A stretch of 64,000 nucleotides of DNA, from positions 3,669-67,668 of the forward strand of contig JAQYAY010000038.1 of the NCBI GenBank assembly GCA_029338735.1, given 5' to 3'. The notes below the pieces were generated by a model. That model was not told where the DNA came from. It made no database searches and worked only from the letters and a program-made list of their open reading frames with translations. Positions 1 through 10,017 of this stretch are shown one piece after another. Positions within the stretch are counted from its first letter, which is position 1, and each line of letters opens with the position of its first letter. Position numbers and translations under genes: made by a program. The DNA comes from Lachnospiraceae bacterium. GTDB lineage: Bacteria > Bacillota > Clostridia > Lachnospirales > Lachnospiraceae.

Positions 1-533
1 CTGGCCTCGGCAAGTCTCTCTTTAACGTACTTGGCTGCGTCTGCTTTTACATCATCCTGTACAGTTTTCAGTAGATAATCTTTTGCCTGTTGGGAGGTAA
101 GTCCTGAGATTCGTTCGAGTTCCTGTACCCTTTGCTCATTCAGCTTCGCTACTTCCTGGCGTTCTTTTTCGATCCTCTCTTCACGAGACTGGAGTGACTG
201 TTCCTTTCTGTCAGCACTTTCGAGCTTCTTGTCCAGATTCTCTTCCTTCTGTGCGACACGGGATTCACTCTTGGAAACTTCTGCTCTGCGCTCCCTGATC
301 TCTTTCTCGAGATCGTTCTTCGAACGCATTGCTTCTTCCTTAGCCTCAATGAGGATTTCCTTCTTCTTGGTCTCTGCAGTCTTGACAGCCTCGTCGATAA
401 TCGCACGGGCCTGCTGTTCTGCTCCTCCCACCTTCTGGTCTGTCACCTTCTGGTGGTAGCTCTTCGCTACAAGAAAACCTGCTAGAACACCAACAAACAG
501 CGCAACTATTGCGATGATTATTGTTGCAAGCAC
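1..533 (-). CDS. rny: Ribonuclease Y, N-terminal part (runs off the window edge)
   Basis: Absent from the ORF track. The minus-strand reading starts at GTG 533-531, 7 nt after AGGAGG. It gives VLATIIIAIVALFVGVLAGFLVAKSYHQKVTDQKVGGAEQQARAIIDEAVKTAETKKKEILIEAKEE... This is one N-terminal TM helix followed by a Lys/Glu-rich coiled coil, typical of the RNase Y N-terminus. Confidence 0.8.
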   Translation of the reverse strand, partial: MLATIIIAIVALFVGVLAGFLVAKSYHQKVTDQKVGGAEQQARAIIDEAVKTAETKKKEILIEAKEEAMRSKNDLEKEIRERRAEVSKSESRVAQKEENLDKKLESADRKEQSLQSREERIEKERQEVAKLNEQRVQELERISGLTSQQAKDYLLKTVQDDVKADAAKYVKERLAEA

Positions 534-575
534 AGGAGCACCTCCTTAATAGGTTTATAAAATTTTTACGTTTCT

Positions 576-604
576 ATTTTATTGTATTCAATAATTGATG
601 TCAA
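576..604 (-). promoter_or_regulatory. Sigma-70-type promoter for rny
   Basis: On the minus strand: TTGACA (604-599), a 17-nt spacer, then TAAAAT (581-576). It lies about 40 nt upstream of the rny GTG. Confidence 0.6.
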
Positions 605-633
605 GGTAAAATTTGGCGTGCGTTCGGATAATT

Positions 634-1692
634 TTACATTATCCTTGCTTCCTGTGCTACCTTGTCCTTGGCGAACCTGATGGCTGTATCTCTGGAGATC
701 TGTCCGTTGTTGTACAGCTGCTGCAGTGCCTCGTCCATCGTGATCATACCCTGAGCTCTTGACGTCTGCATCGTAGATGTGATCTGGAAGGTCTTGCCTT
801 CACGGATATAGTTCCTGATGGCATTATTTCCGAGCATGACTTCGAATACACCGACACGGCCCTTGCCCTCGATCTTCGGGAGCAGCTGTTCTGCTACCAC
901 GCACTCGAGGATATCTGCAAGCTGTGTCCTGATCTGCTGCTGCTGATGAGGCGGGAATACATCGATAATACGGTTTACGGTATCAACGGCACTCACTGTA
1001 TGGAGGGTAGAGAATACCAGATGTCCGGTCTCTGCTGCCGTACATGCAAGAGAAATAGTATCGAGGTCACGCATCTCTCCTATGAGGATTACGTCAGGGT
1101 CCTCACGGAGGGCTCCACGAAGGGCTGCTGCATAGGAATGTGTATCTGTGCCTATCTCACGCTGATGCACGATACTCTTCTTGTGCCTGTGAAGGTACTC
1201 GACAGGGTCCTCGAAGGTGATGATATGATACGGATACTTCATATTGACGTAGTCTATAAGTGATGCAAGTGATGTAGACTTACCGGATCCTGTAGGACCT
1301 GTGAAAAGAATAAGTCCCCTTCTCTTGTCACAGCACTTGACCACGGAATCAGGAATTCCAAGATCATAAGGCTTCGGGATTGACGGATTCAGGAGTCGGC
1401 CTGCGACCGCATATGTTCCTCTCTGTCTGTATACATTGATACGGAGACGGGCTACACCAGGAATAGAATACGGCATATCGAGCTCTCCTACTTCCTTCAG
1501 CTCTTTGGCCTGCTCTCCGGTCAGGATCTTGTTGAGTATATCAAGCATCTCCCTGGCTCCGTACTTTTCCTCACCGAGAGGGGTGATACGGCCATCAATT
1601 CGAAGGCATGGCGCCTGACCTACACCTATATGGATATCAGAGGCATTGACCTCTTTTGCCTTGTCAACGAGTTCATCAAAATCTGTGATCAT
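634..1692 (-). CDS. pilT: Type IV pilus retraction ATPase PilT
   Basis: 352 aa. Walker A is GPTGSGKST. It has a PilT-type Asp/His box (ILIGEMRDLDTI, FSTLHT). The SD AAAGGGGA precedes the ATG. Confidence 0.85.
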   Translation of the reverse strand: MITDFDELVDKAKEVNASDIHIGVGQAPCLRIDGRITPLGEEKYGAREMLDILNKILTGEQAKELKEVGELDMPYSIPGVARLRINVYRQRGTYAVAGRLLNPSIPKPYDLGIPDSVVKCCDKRRGLILFTGPTGSGKSTSLASLIDYVNMKYPYHIITFEDPVEYLHRHKKSIVHQREIGTDTHSYAAALRGALREDPDVILIGEMRDLDTISLACTAAETGHLVFSTLHTVSAVDTVNRIIDVFPPHQQQQIRTQLADILECVVAEQLLPKIEGKGRVGVFEVMLGNNAIRNYIREGKTFQITSTMQTSRAQGMITMDEALQQLYNNGQISRDTAIRFAKDKVAQEARIM

Positions 1693-1715
1693 TTATGATC
1701 CCCTTTCTGTATTGC

Positions 1716-3446
1716 TTAAATATCGTCACCCTCGATGGTCGCTACTTTGAGCATCTCATCGATGGATGTAATCCCCTGAAGTACATACCCTTCTGCATTG
1801 TCACGGATGGTGCGCAGGCCTTCTTTTCTGGCCTCATTCTCTAGCTCATCTGTTCCGAGTCCCTTGGACACTATCCTCTTGAGCTTCGCTGTCATCTCCA
1901 TAACCTCATATATACCGATTCTGCCATAGTATCCGGTATTGCCGCATTTCGGGCAGCCGCCACGATGCGGTACGCAGATCTTTGGCGGATTCTTAGGATC
2001 CCTGTGCAGAAGCCTGCACTCTGTATCTGTGGCCAGTCTCGTCTCCTTGCAGCTCGGGCACAGACGGCGTACGAGTCGCTGGGCAATGATACCTGTCACT
2101 GAATCTGCGATCAGGTATGGCTCGATGCCCATATCCTCTAGTCGGGTAACTGTAGCTGCTGAACTGTTCGTATGAATGGTGCTGACTACCAGATGTCCTG
2201 TGATAGATGCCTGGACGGCAATCTGGGCTGTCTCTGAGTCTCGGATCTCTCCTACCATTATGATATCAGGATCCTGACGCAGGAATGAACGAAGTGCCGA
2301 TGCAAAAGTGAGCCCGGCCTTCGTATTCACCTGTACCTGGTTGATCCCTGGTACATTGGCCTCTACAGGGTCCTCAACTGTCAGTATATTGACCTCCGGA
2401 GTATTGAGCTCTGAAAGTGCAGTATAGAGTGTTGTTGACTTTCCTGATCCTGTAGGTCCTGTGACAAGGATGATGCCATTAGGATGCTTTAATATCCTGT
2501 CAAACTTTTCCATCTCATATGGCTGGATTCCGAGATCTGACTTGGCTCTCGTGAGCGCATTGGCTCTTGTGAGTCGCATAACGGTCTTCTCACCATAGAC
2601 GGTAGGAAGAACCTCGACACGGATATCATACTCTATATCGTCGACAACGGCTGTCATTCGTCCTGACTGCGGTTTGCGCTTCTCTGCTATATCGAGTCCT
2701 GATACAATTTTGATACGGGTGGAAAGTGCTGGAAGAATACTGATGTCATACATCATCTTCTCTACAAGGACACCATCGATCCTGAAACGGATCCTGACCT
2801 GTCTCTCAAGAGCATCTATATGGATATCTGATGCTCTCGAACGCACAGCCTGCTCTACAATTGAGCGGAGCAGCTGGACAATAGGAGCATTTGCGAGCTC
2901 TGTCTCAGTCCCCTGCTGCGCCTCCTCCTCTGCACGCATTCTCTCCTTATGCTGCTGTGTGAACTTCTGCGCAGCACTCATGGCCTCTTCCGAGCCATAA
3001 TATCTGTCGAGAATTGCCTGGATATCCTGCTGGGTCGCTATCAGCGGCTCGATCCTGCATCCTGTGACTATCTCGATATCCTCAATTGCCTCGATATCGA
3101 GAGGATCTGCCATCGCGAGAAAAACAGCCTGCGGATCGTTCGGATCATATCCAATTGGAAGAACGGAATGCTTTCGTAAAACCTTGCCTGAGACGAGCTT
3201 CTGCATATCATCGGAGAGTGCGAAACCGTTCAGGTCTACTATCTGATAACCCAGCTGGCTGGCAAGGGCCTTCGCTATTGCCTTGTCGTCGACATATCCC
3301 AGCTCTTTCAGGCAGTCACCCAGACGCTTCTGACGTCCCTCCTGCCTCTCTTTTTTTGAATAATCCAGCGCTGCCTTGAGCTGGTCTTCCGTGATCACCC
3401 CTGCCTTCAGCAGGAGATCACCAATTTTCAATCTCTGTCTTGGCAT
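1716..3446 (-). CDS. pilB: Type IV pilus assembly ATPase PilB/GspE family
   Basis: 576 aa. The N-terminal T2SSE_N/MshEN-like helices are KIGDLLLKAGVITEDQLKAAL and RLGDCLKELGYVDDKAIAKALASQ. Walker A is GPTGSGKST. A tetracysteine Zn motif (CPSC...CPKC) is present. Confidence 0.85.
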   Translation of the reverse strand: MPRQRLKIGDLLLKAGVITEDQLKAALDYSKKERQEGRQKRLGDCLKELGYVDDKAIAKALASQLGYQIVDLNGFALSDDMQKLVSGKVLRKHSVLPIGYDPNDPQAVFLAMADPLDIEAIEDIEIVTGCRIEPLIATQQDIQAILDRYYGSEEAMSAAQKFTQQHKERMRAEEEAQQGTETELANAPIVQLLRSIVEQAVRSRASDIHIDALERQVRIRFRIDGVLVEKMMYDISILPALSTRIKIVSGLDIAEKRKPQSGRMTAVVDDIEYDIRVEVLPTVYGEKTVMRLTRANALTRAKSDLGIQPYEMEKFDRILKHPNGIILVTGPTGSGKSTTLYTALSELNTPEVNILTVEDPVEANVPGINQVQVNTKAGLTFASALRSFLRQDPDIIMVGEIRDSETAQIAVQASITGHLVVSTIHTNSSAATVTRLEDMGIEPYLIADSVTGIIAQRLVRRLCPSCKETRLATDTECRLLHRDPKNPPKICVPHRGGCPKCGNTGYYGRIGIYEVMEMTAKLKRIVSKGLGTDELENEARKEGLRTIRDNAEGYVLQGITSIDEMLKVATIEGDDI

Positions 3447-3533
3447 TAACTGCGAATCCCTTTACTTCTATAGCCCAAAAATAAACTTTTCATAAAAAAA
3501 TTATAGTCTATTTCACTTTTTCGTGCAACTCTT

Positions 3534-4541
3534 TTATATGACGTAGAACCATGCGTCAGACTGGTCCAGATCATTTTTCTCAATGATCGTGCCATTCCTG
3601 TCCTTGAGGACGAGCTCCTGGTTCTTGATCGTGACTCTGGTTCCGGCAGGTACAGACTTCGTGATGAAGGCATTCGATCCGATCACCGAACCCTCTCCGA
3701 TGATGGTCTGGCCTCCGAGAATGGATGCACCTGAATAAATAGTCACATTGTCTTTGATAGTCGGATGACGCTTCACACCGTGAAGGGCCTGACCGGCTGC
3801 TGTTGAGAGCGCTCCTATGGTAACACCCTGATATACCTTGACATGATCTCCGATGATGGTTGTTGAACCGACTACTACACCTGTACCATGATCAAGGCAG
3901 AAATACTTACCGATAGTGGCACCCGGATGAATATCAATTCCTGTGATGGAATGAGCATACTCTGTCATCATTCTTGGAATAAGCGGGATATTGAGAAGGA
4001 ACAGCTCATGTGCGAGTCTGTTGATCGTAGTGGCACGAAGTCCCGGATATGACAGAATGATATCATCAAAGCTCGATGCTGCCGGATCTCCCTGGAATGT
4101 AGCCTCGAGGTCTGTCTGCACGTACTCCCTGACAACAGGAATCCTGTTGCAGAAAGTGAGTGCCAGGCAGTACGCCTGATCCTTGAACTTGATCTCCTCT
4201 TCAGGTGACAGGCCGCTATTGTCTCCTGCTTCCTGTCTCTTATTGATCTCGTCATAACAGAGCACTATCTCGATCTGCCGGCTCAGATTGTACAGAACAT
4301 CCTCGATAAGAACTGTCAGATTGCTCTCGAGATTGTAGCTCTTGTACACCTGATCCCTGTAATATCCCGGGAAGACAAGTCTGATCAGCTTGTTCGTGAT
4401 CTGCTTGATCTTCTCGACATCAGGCTGGTTGAAAAGTGCCATCTTGTCGATGTCACGGCCCTTCCCGTAGTCAGAAAGGATCTTCGTTACCAGCTGGTTA
4501 ACCTCTTCATTCTCTAATGTGCTCATTACAACACCTTCCAT
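3534..4541 (-). CDS. cysE: Serine O-acetyltransferase (long form)
   Basis: 335 aa. The C-terminus is a hexapeptide-repeat beta-helix (GATIGKYFCLDHGTGVVVGSTTIIGDHVKVYQGVTIG), preceded by a SATase helical N-domain. The second ATG at 4526 has the better SD (GGAAGGTG). Confidence 0.85.
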   Translation of the reverse strand: MEGVVMSTLENEEVNQLVTKILSDYGKGRDIDKMALFNQPDVEKIKQITNKLIRLVFPGYYRDQVYKSYNLESNLTVLIEDVLYNLSRQIEIVLCYDEINKRQEAGDNSGLSPEEEIKFKDQAYCLALTFCNRIPVVREYVQTDLEATFQGDPAASSFDDIILSYPGLRATTINRLAHELFLLNIPLIPRMMTEYAHSITGIDIHPGATIGKYFCLDHGTGVVVGSTTIIGDHVKVYQGVTIGALSTAAGQALHGVKRHPTIKDNVTIYSGASILGGQTIIGEGSVIGSNAFITKSVPAGTRVTIKNQELVLKDRNGTIIEKNDLDQSDAWFYVI

Positions 4542-4607
4542 TTGAAAAACTATTTAGTTCATTATAAAGCTTTTCATTGTATTTGACAAATAGTTTCCCG
4601 ATGCATT

Positions 4608-4722
4608 CTAAGCCACTTCGTGTCTACTCATTCGCGCTTTCGCGCTATAAAAAAGCAGCACATGTGAATGATATGTGAGCAGGCTCACCTTATCACACGT
4701 GCTGTCTTTTTGCATGGCTCAA
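4608..4722 (-). promoter_or_regulatory. Structured cysE 5' leader: long hairpin plus GCGC-GAAA-GCGC mini-hairpin (a divergent relative of the elements at 52568 and 54809)
   Basis: The minus-strand stem gacagcacgtgtga/tcacatgtgctgc spans 4655-4706 and is followed by U6. The mini-hairpin agcgcgaaagcgcg lies at 4634-4645. The closing pair is agccat/gtggct. Confidence 0.4.
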
Positions 4723-4730
4723 TTAATACG

Positions 4731-4759
4731 CGAAAAAAAGACCCGTGAAATCACGGGTC
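4731..4759 (-). terminator. Intrinsic-terminator-like hairpin inside the cysE leader
   Basis: On the minus strand the sequence is gacccgtg-attt-cacgggtc followed by ttttttt. No minus-strand gene lies upstream of it (lysR diverges on the plus strand). Confidence 0.5.
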
Positions 4760-4897
4760 GGTTGGAAAAAGAAAAAAGATTACTTAACATTGACTGTTCG
4801 TATGTATTATACTAGAATATGACTGTATAGTAAAGTTCAACTTTTTCATTCAATTAATGAAAAAGATTCACCGATACACCAGAAAAAGGAAAAGATA

Positions 4898-5794
4898 ATG
4901 ACACTACTTTCATATGAGATATTCCAGACAATCCTCGAACAGGGATCGTTTGCCAAAGCGGCCCAGATACTGCATCTGACGCCATCCGCCATCAGCCATT
5001 CCATATCATCTATGGAGGAAGAGATCGGATTCCCGCTCTTCATCAGAAGCAAGAACGGAGTCAGGCTCTCAAGCGCCGGTGAAGAGATCAATCCATATAT
5101 CCAGAAGATAGTGGCATCAGAAGATGCCCTGAAACAGGCAATTGCCCAGATGAAGGGTCTCGGAACCGGACATGTCAATATCGGCTGTATCAATTCCGTC
5201 TGTCTCGCATGGATCCCTGATATCATCCGTGGATTCGGAGAAAAGCATCCGCAGATCACTGTCGAGATCTATCAGGGCTCATACAGTGATGTGATCGAAT
5301 GGGTCAGAAACGGAACTATCGACCTCGGCATCGTATCAGAGGCTGCATCAGACGGGCTTCCGTTTACAGAACTCATGGAGGATGATCTCGTGGCCGTAGT
5401 ACCGAAGGGATATATGCCTGCTTCTACAAAGAGCATCACTCCTGAGGATCTGAAGGATCAGCCGTTCGTCATTCAGCAGGACAGCTGTGATATCGACATC
5501 ATCAAATACCTGGATGAATACAATCTCCAGATCCGTGCCAACTGCCACATTCTCGATGACCAGTCGGCCATTGCAATGGTTGAGGCACAGACAGGTATCC
5601 TCCTGATGCCGCGTCTCGGACTCATCAATCCGCCGAAGGATGTTGCGATCTATCCTCTCTATCCGAGACACTACAGGAAGCTCGGCATCATCACCCTGTC
5701 AGATGACTTCATGTCACCGGCAGCTACAGAGATGTCAGAGTATATTAAGAAATATGTAGCAGATTACTCTGCGAAGAATGGTTTAAGCGTATAA
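4898..5794 (+). CDS. LysR family transcriptional regulator
   Basis: 298 aa. The N-terminal HTH is FAKAAQILHLTPSAISHSISSMEEEIGFPLF. The C-terminus is a LysR substrate-binding fold. It is divergent from cysE. Confidence 0.85.
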   Translation: MTLLSYEIFQTILEQGSFAKAAQILHLTPSAISHSISSMEEEIGFPLFIRSKNGVRLSSAGEEINPYIQKIVASEDALKQAIAQMKGLGTGHVNIGCINSVCLAWIPDIIRGFGEKHPQITVEIYQGSYSDVIEWVRNGTIDLGIVSEAASDGLPFTELMEDDLVAVVPKGYMPASTKSITPEDLKDQPFVIQQDSCDIDIIKYLDEYNLQIRANCHILDDQSAIAMVEAQTGILLMPRLGLINPPKDVAIYPLYPRHYRKLGIITLSDDFMSPAATEMSEYIKKYVADYSAKNGLSV

Positions 5795-5803
5795 TTTTTT
5801 AAA

Positions 5804-6460
5804 ATGGAAAAAAAGAACTACAAAGCCGTCCTCTTTGATATGGACGGTACTATCACGGACACCGAACGAATATACAATCATTTCTGGAATTCCTGCGCAA
5901 AGGAACTCGGGATGAATGACTTCACATATCAGGATTCTCTCGATCTCAGATCATTAAATCATGCGGATTCAAAGAAGCTGATGGATGAGAGACATCACGG
6001 CAGTGTTGACTATGACAGGCTCCACACCCGGGTTGCTCTTTGTGTGCAGGACTATCTGAAGGGTCATGAGATCCCACTGAAGTCCGGTATCAGAGATATA
6101 CTGACTGCATGCCGTGAAAAAGACATCAGAACTGTTGTAGTGACAGCCACCAATCTGAAGTCAGCCAAAGAGAGGCTTGCTGATTCAGGCCTGCTGCCCT
6201 ACTTTGACGATGTCATCAGCGCACACGAGGCAAAGCATGGAAAGCCTCATCCTGATCCGTATCTGCTCGCTGCCGAGCGCATCGGTCTCCTGCCTTGCGA
6301 ATGTCTGGCAGTTGAGGATTCTCCAAATGGATGCACTTCTGCCATTGATGCAGGGATGGATACGATCATGGTCCCTGATCTCACCGAACCGGATCCTGAA
6401 CTAAAAAAAAGGCTCTACGCCGTAGCGCCAAGCCTTTCTGATATCGTCTCTATGATATAA
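5804..6460 (+). CDS. HAD-superfamily hydrolase (beta-phosphoglucomutase-like subfamily IA)
   Basis: 218 aa. Motif I is LFDMDGT. The VVTAT and GKPHPDPY motifs and the EDSPNG motif are present. Confidence 0.8.
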   Translation: MEKKNYKAVLFDMDGTITDTERIYNHFWNSCAKELGMNDFTYQDSLDLRSLNHADSKKLMDERHHGSVDYDRLHTRVALCVQDYLKGHEIPLKSGIRDILTACREKDIRTVVVTATNLKSAKERLADSGLLPYFDDVISAHEAKHGKPHPDPYLLAAERIGLLPCECLAVEDSPNGCTSAIDAGMDTIMVPDLTEPDPELKKRLYAVAPSLSDIVSMI

Positions 6461-7390
6461 TTATTTAAGGTCTGAATACAGGTCATCCTGGTACAGGCCT
6501 TTTTTTCTCATCTCTGCAAATGCATCTCTGACGGAAACAATATCTTCCTTGTATGTGATGCCATACCACTGGTCGTCAGATGAGAGCACCTTCACACTGA
6601 TCTTCTTCTGTCTCAGCAGATCCTCAACAAATACAGGAATCAGATATTCATCCTTCAGAGGATCTCCTGCCTTTCTGAGTCTCATCAGGAACTTCCTGAA
6701 TCCATCCTCCAGCATCGGAATAAACTCTTTTGTGAAGCCCCACATATTCATTGATACAAGAGAATCCAGATCCAGTTGCCCCTTTGGTGAAGAAGCTGTA
6801 CCATCAGGATTCTTACTGATCTCATGAACCTCTTCAATGCCACTCAGATATCCGTCTGCTGTCTGCTGACAGACACCCCTCGTGACCGTGCCATTGTCGC
6901 TTAAAGTATTGCCGAGTCTGAACCCTGCCATGCAGTATGAATTCGGCTCATCCGAACTCCTCAGGAAATCAGCTACTTTTACAAAAGCTTCCTTGCCATA
7001 ATAGTCATCTGCATTAATGACTGCAAATGAACCGTCAATGATACTGGCTCCGGACAGTACAGCCTTGCCAGTTCCCCATGGCTTCGTCCTGCCTTCCGGA
7101 ACTTCAAATCCCTCCGGCAGATTGTAGAGACTCTGCTTCACATAATAGACCTCCACACCGTGGCGGTCACACACGTTCTCTATTCTGCGGCCGATTATCT
7201 CCATGAAATCATCCTCTATCTCACTTCTGATGACGAAGATGATCTCATTGAATCCTGCCTCTATGGCATCATGGACTGAGTAATCCATGATAATGCTTCC
7301 ATCCTCTCCCACAGACGCAAGCTGTTTGATACCTTCACCGTAACGGGATCCGATACCAGCAGCCATAATAACCAGAGAGATCTTTTTCAA
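6461..7390 (-). CDS. Sugar-phosphate nucleotidyltransferase family protein
   Basis: 309 aa. The N-terminal motif LVIMAAGIGSRYG is the NTP-transferase G-loop, and the INADDYYG motif is present. Confidence 0.65.
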   Translation of the reverse strand: MKKISLVIMAAGIGSRYGEGIKQLASVGEDGSIIMDYSVHDAIEAGFNEIIFVIRSEIEDDFMEIIGRRIENVCDRHGVEVYYVKQSLYNLPEGFEVPEGRTKPWGTGKAVLSGASIIDGSFAVINADDYYGKEAFVKVADFLRSSDEPNSYCMAGFRLGNTLSDNGTVTRGVCQQTADGYLSGIEEVHEISKNPDGTASSPKGQLDLDSLVSMNMWGFTKEFIPMLEDGFRKFLMRLRKAGDPLKDEYLIPVFVEDLLRQKKISVKVLSSDDQWYGITYKEDIVSVRDAFAEMRKKGLYQDDLYSDLK

Positions 7391-7433
7391 TCTGTCTCCT
7401 CCCTTATTATATATCTATTTTACAAGCTTTCGG

Positions 7434-7958
7434 TCATTTACCCGGATATGTGATCACAGCATCAATATCATAATCCTTGAGACGCTCACGACCCTTGAGA
7501 CCTGCAAGCTCCATCAGGAAGATCATCTTGACTACCTTGCCGCCGAGCTTTTCAACAAGCCTGGCTGCTGCCTCAATAGTACCGCCTGTAGCGATCAGAT
7601 CATCTACCAGCACTACCTTCTGACCTGGCTGGATAGAATCCTTGTGCATCTCGATTGTTGCTGTACCGTACTCGAGATCATATGTCTGCTCAACAGTCTC
7701 TGCAGGAAGCTTGCCCTTTTTCCTGATAAGAACAAAAGGCTTGTGAAGATTGTACGCAATAGGTGTTCCGAAAATGAATCCTCTTGACTCTGTTCCTGCC
7801 AGGACATCGAAATCAAGTCCCTCAAGGAACTGCTGCATCTCATCGATTGCAAGCTCGAATCCATCCGGATCCTTAAGAACTGTGGTGATATCCCGGAACA
7901 TGACACCCTTCTCAGGGAAATCAGGAATAGTACGTACGTAATCCTCTACTTTTCTCAT
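7434..7958 (-). CDS. apt: Adenine phosphoribosyltransferase
   Basis: 174 aa. The PRPP-binding motif [13 protein letters not shown] and the typical Apt N-terminus ([15 protein letters not shown]) are present. Confidence 0.9.
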   Translation of the reverse strand: MRKVEDYVRTIPDFPEKGVMFRDITTVLKDPDGFELAIDEMQQFLEGLDFDVLAGTESRGFIFGTPIAYNLHKPFVLIRKKGKLPAETVEQTYDLEYGTATIEMHKDSIQPGQKVVLVDDLIATGGTIEAAARLVEKLGGKVVKMIFLMELAGLKGRERLKDYDIDAVITYPGK

Positions 7959-8956
7959 TGTTTTAAAATCTCCTTCTGGACAGATCCCTGATTGTTCTTG
8001 AATCTGTCTTCTACCTTTGATACGAGAGCCGGGAACTGCTCGAGGGTATTCGTCATATCTTCGAAAATAAGGCTCTTCTTTGATATATTGGTGCTTAATG
8101 TATCAATATGATCTGAAACGGTCTGATAATATGGCTTTGAGGCCTCCATTGTAGACTGGAGATTGTTCATGTCCTCAGAGCACTTGTCTATCACGCCGAC
8201 CATATTGGTATTGCCTTCTTCAATCTCGCCAGCTACTGACTTGATAGAATCAACGACTGCCTCTGTCTCATTGATATGAGTCATTGAATCCTGAATAGCT
8301 GTACGTGTATCATTGATGGAGTTCATCAGTTTGTTGTTGTTCTGATTCAGCTTCTCCATCGACTCGCCGATTGATGCAACGAGTGTCTTGATATTGCTAG
8401 AGAGTTCATTGACCTGATCAGCTACGACTGCAAATCCTCTTCCGCTCTCTCCTGCTCTTGCCGCCTCAATTGAAGCATTGAGTGCGAGGAGATTGGTCTG
8501 ATTGGCGATACCATTGATGGCATTGACCTTCTCCAGGATCTCGTCGAAACTGCTCTGGAATTCCTTGAACACTTCCTCAACTGTGGAAATAGTATCATTG
8601 ACAGATGCTGATGACTCACGGACATTATTCATATTAGCGTGAGTCTCATCGGCTGTAGTGAGCATCTTCTTGATGATCTTCTCGAAATTCTCGGTAACAG
8701 AAGTCACGTCCTTAAAACGCTCATTGAACTGCTCCATTGAGTTCGTGACCTCATCCGATCTCTGCTCAACAGCATCGAATGAATCCTTGATCTCTCCGAG
8801 TGCACTCGTCGTATCAAGTTCTTCCTGCTGAAGCTTGTTCTTCTGCTCTAAGATATAATTACCGCTATCAAGTACAGGCTGGAGCTCCTTTGAAATATCT
8901 ATCTGCTCTTTTACTTCTACCTGTTCCTGCTCTTTTGCTTTTTTCCTTCCGAACAT
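7955..8956 (-). CDS. Soluble methyl-accepting chemotaxis protein (signalling domain only)
   Basis: 333 aa. It has the highly conserved MCP hairpin tip [28 protein letters not shown]. There is no TM segment. Its stop overlaps the apt start by 4 nt. Confidence 0.8.
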   Translation of the reverse strand: MFGRKKAKEQEQVEVKEQIDISKELQPVLDSGNYILEQKNKLQQEELDTTSALGEIKDSFDAVEQRSDEVTNSMEQFNERFKDVTSVTENFEKIIKKMLTTADETHANMNNVRESSASVNDTISTVEEVFKEFQSSFDEILEKVNAINGIANQTNLLALNASIEAARAGESGRGFAVVADQVNELSSNIKTLVASIGESMEKLNQNNNKLMNSINDTRTAIQDSMTHINETEAVVDSIKSVAGEIEEGNTNMVGVIDKCSEDMNNLQSTMEASKPYYQTVSDHIDTLSTNISKKSLIFEDMTNTLEQFPALVSKVEDRFKNNQGSVQKEILKQ

Positions 8957-9120
8957 CTATAACTCCTCTCCGACGCAAATGCATCTTGAAAAACGCTTAA
9001 TTACTAATCCAAGCTACCTTATTATTTTATTTTTTTAAGGGAAGCATGTCAACACTTTCTTTATAAAAAATAAACTCCGGAATCTTTCCATTTCATATCT
9101 TCCTTTCTTATACTAATGAC

Positions 9121-10017
9121 TTATAAATAAAGGCATTCTGCTGTCTTTATAGAAAGTTCTGAAAGATTGATCTCCCTCTCCGGATCTTTTCCTTCGTATA
9201 TCTTCTGTGTCAGAATCTTCAGAGCAAGCGCTCCCTGGTGCTTCGGATTCTGATAGATGGACGAATCTATGAGTCCTTTCCGCATGAAATCCCTTGTCGC
9301 AGATAACACATCCAATGTCACCACATGGAATGAAAGGCGCGTCGTCATCTGCCAGATGCCCTTGCATCCGCCGTATATGCCTCCTGTCGTAGCAAAGAAA
9401 AATGCTGAAATCCCCGGATGATCTGACTGCATCTTCTGTACAAGCTCATATGCCTTGTAGTCATCATCACGGCACTCACCTATGCACTCCACTGTGAGTC
9501 CCTTGTCATTCTCAGCCAGATAATCCTCAAATCCCTTAATACGCTGCTCATGGCCCTTGATGCCATGAAATCCGGTGACTATACCTACCTCAGTCTTTGG
9601 CTCGCACATGAGGCACATCTGTGATGCTGCCACCCGTCCAGCCTTGTATGGATCAGTACCAACGTATGCTATCCTTCCGGAATCTGCTATATCAGTATGT
9701 ACTGTGACTACAGGTATTCCCTTGTCAGTCAGCGCCCGGATCCTCTTTGCGACACTGATGTCATCAATCGGTGAAATGATAAGTCCCTTTAGCGGTTCCT
9801 TTGTCATCTCATCAAGAATCCTGATCTGATCTGCTGCATTCATTGGAGAAAATCTTACATCCAGCTTCGGATCAGATCTGACTGTAGGAAGTGCTGCATT
9901 GATTCCTGTCAGTACGGAATTGAAAAAATCTCCTTTGGAATCTCCGTAGAACAGTACACCTATTCTGTCCCTGTCCTTAGTTGTCTTCTTTTGTTCCTTC
10001 GTCTGTGGCATTTTCAT
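9121..10017 (-). CDS. Cytoplasmic periplasmic-binding-protein-fold (LacI-type effector domain) protein without an HTH
   Basis: 298 aa with no signal peptide. The alternating beta-alpha pattern (IGVLFYG..., GLIISP, IPVVTV, AYVGTD) is typical of sugar-binding/LacI C-domains. Confidence 0.6.
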   Translation of the reverse strand: MKMPQTKEQKKTTKDRDRIGVLFYGDSKGDFFNSVLTGINAALPTVRSDPKLDVRFSPMNAADQIRILDEMTKEPLKGLIISPIDDISVAKRIRALTDKGIPVVTVHTDIADSGRIAYVGTDPYKAGRVAASQMCLMCEPKTEVGIVTGFHGIKGHEQRIKGFEDYLAENDKGLTVECIGECRDDDYKAYELVQKMQSDHPGISAFFFATTGGIYGGCKGIWQMTTRLSFHVVTLDVLSATRDFMRKGLIDSSIYQNPKHQGALALKILTQKIYEGKDPEREINLSELSIKTAECLYL

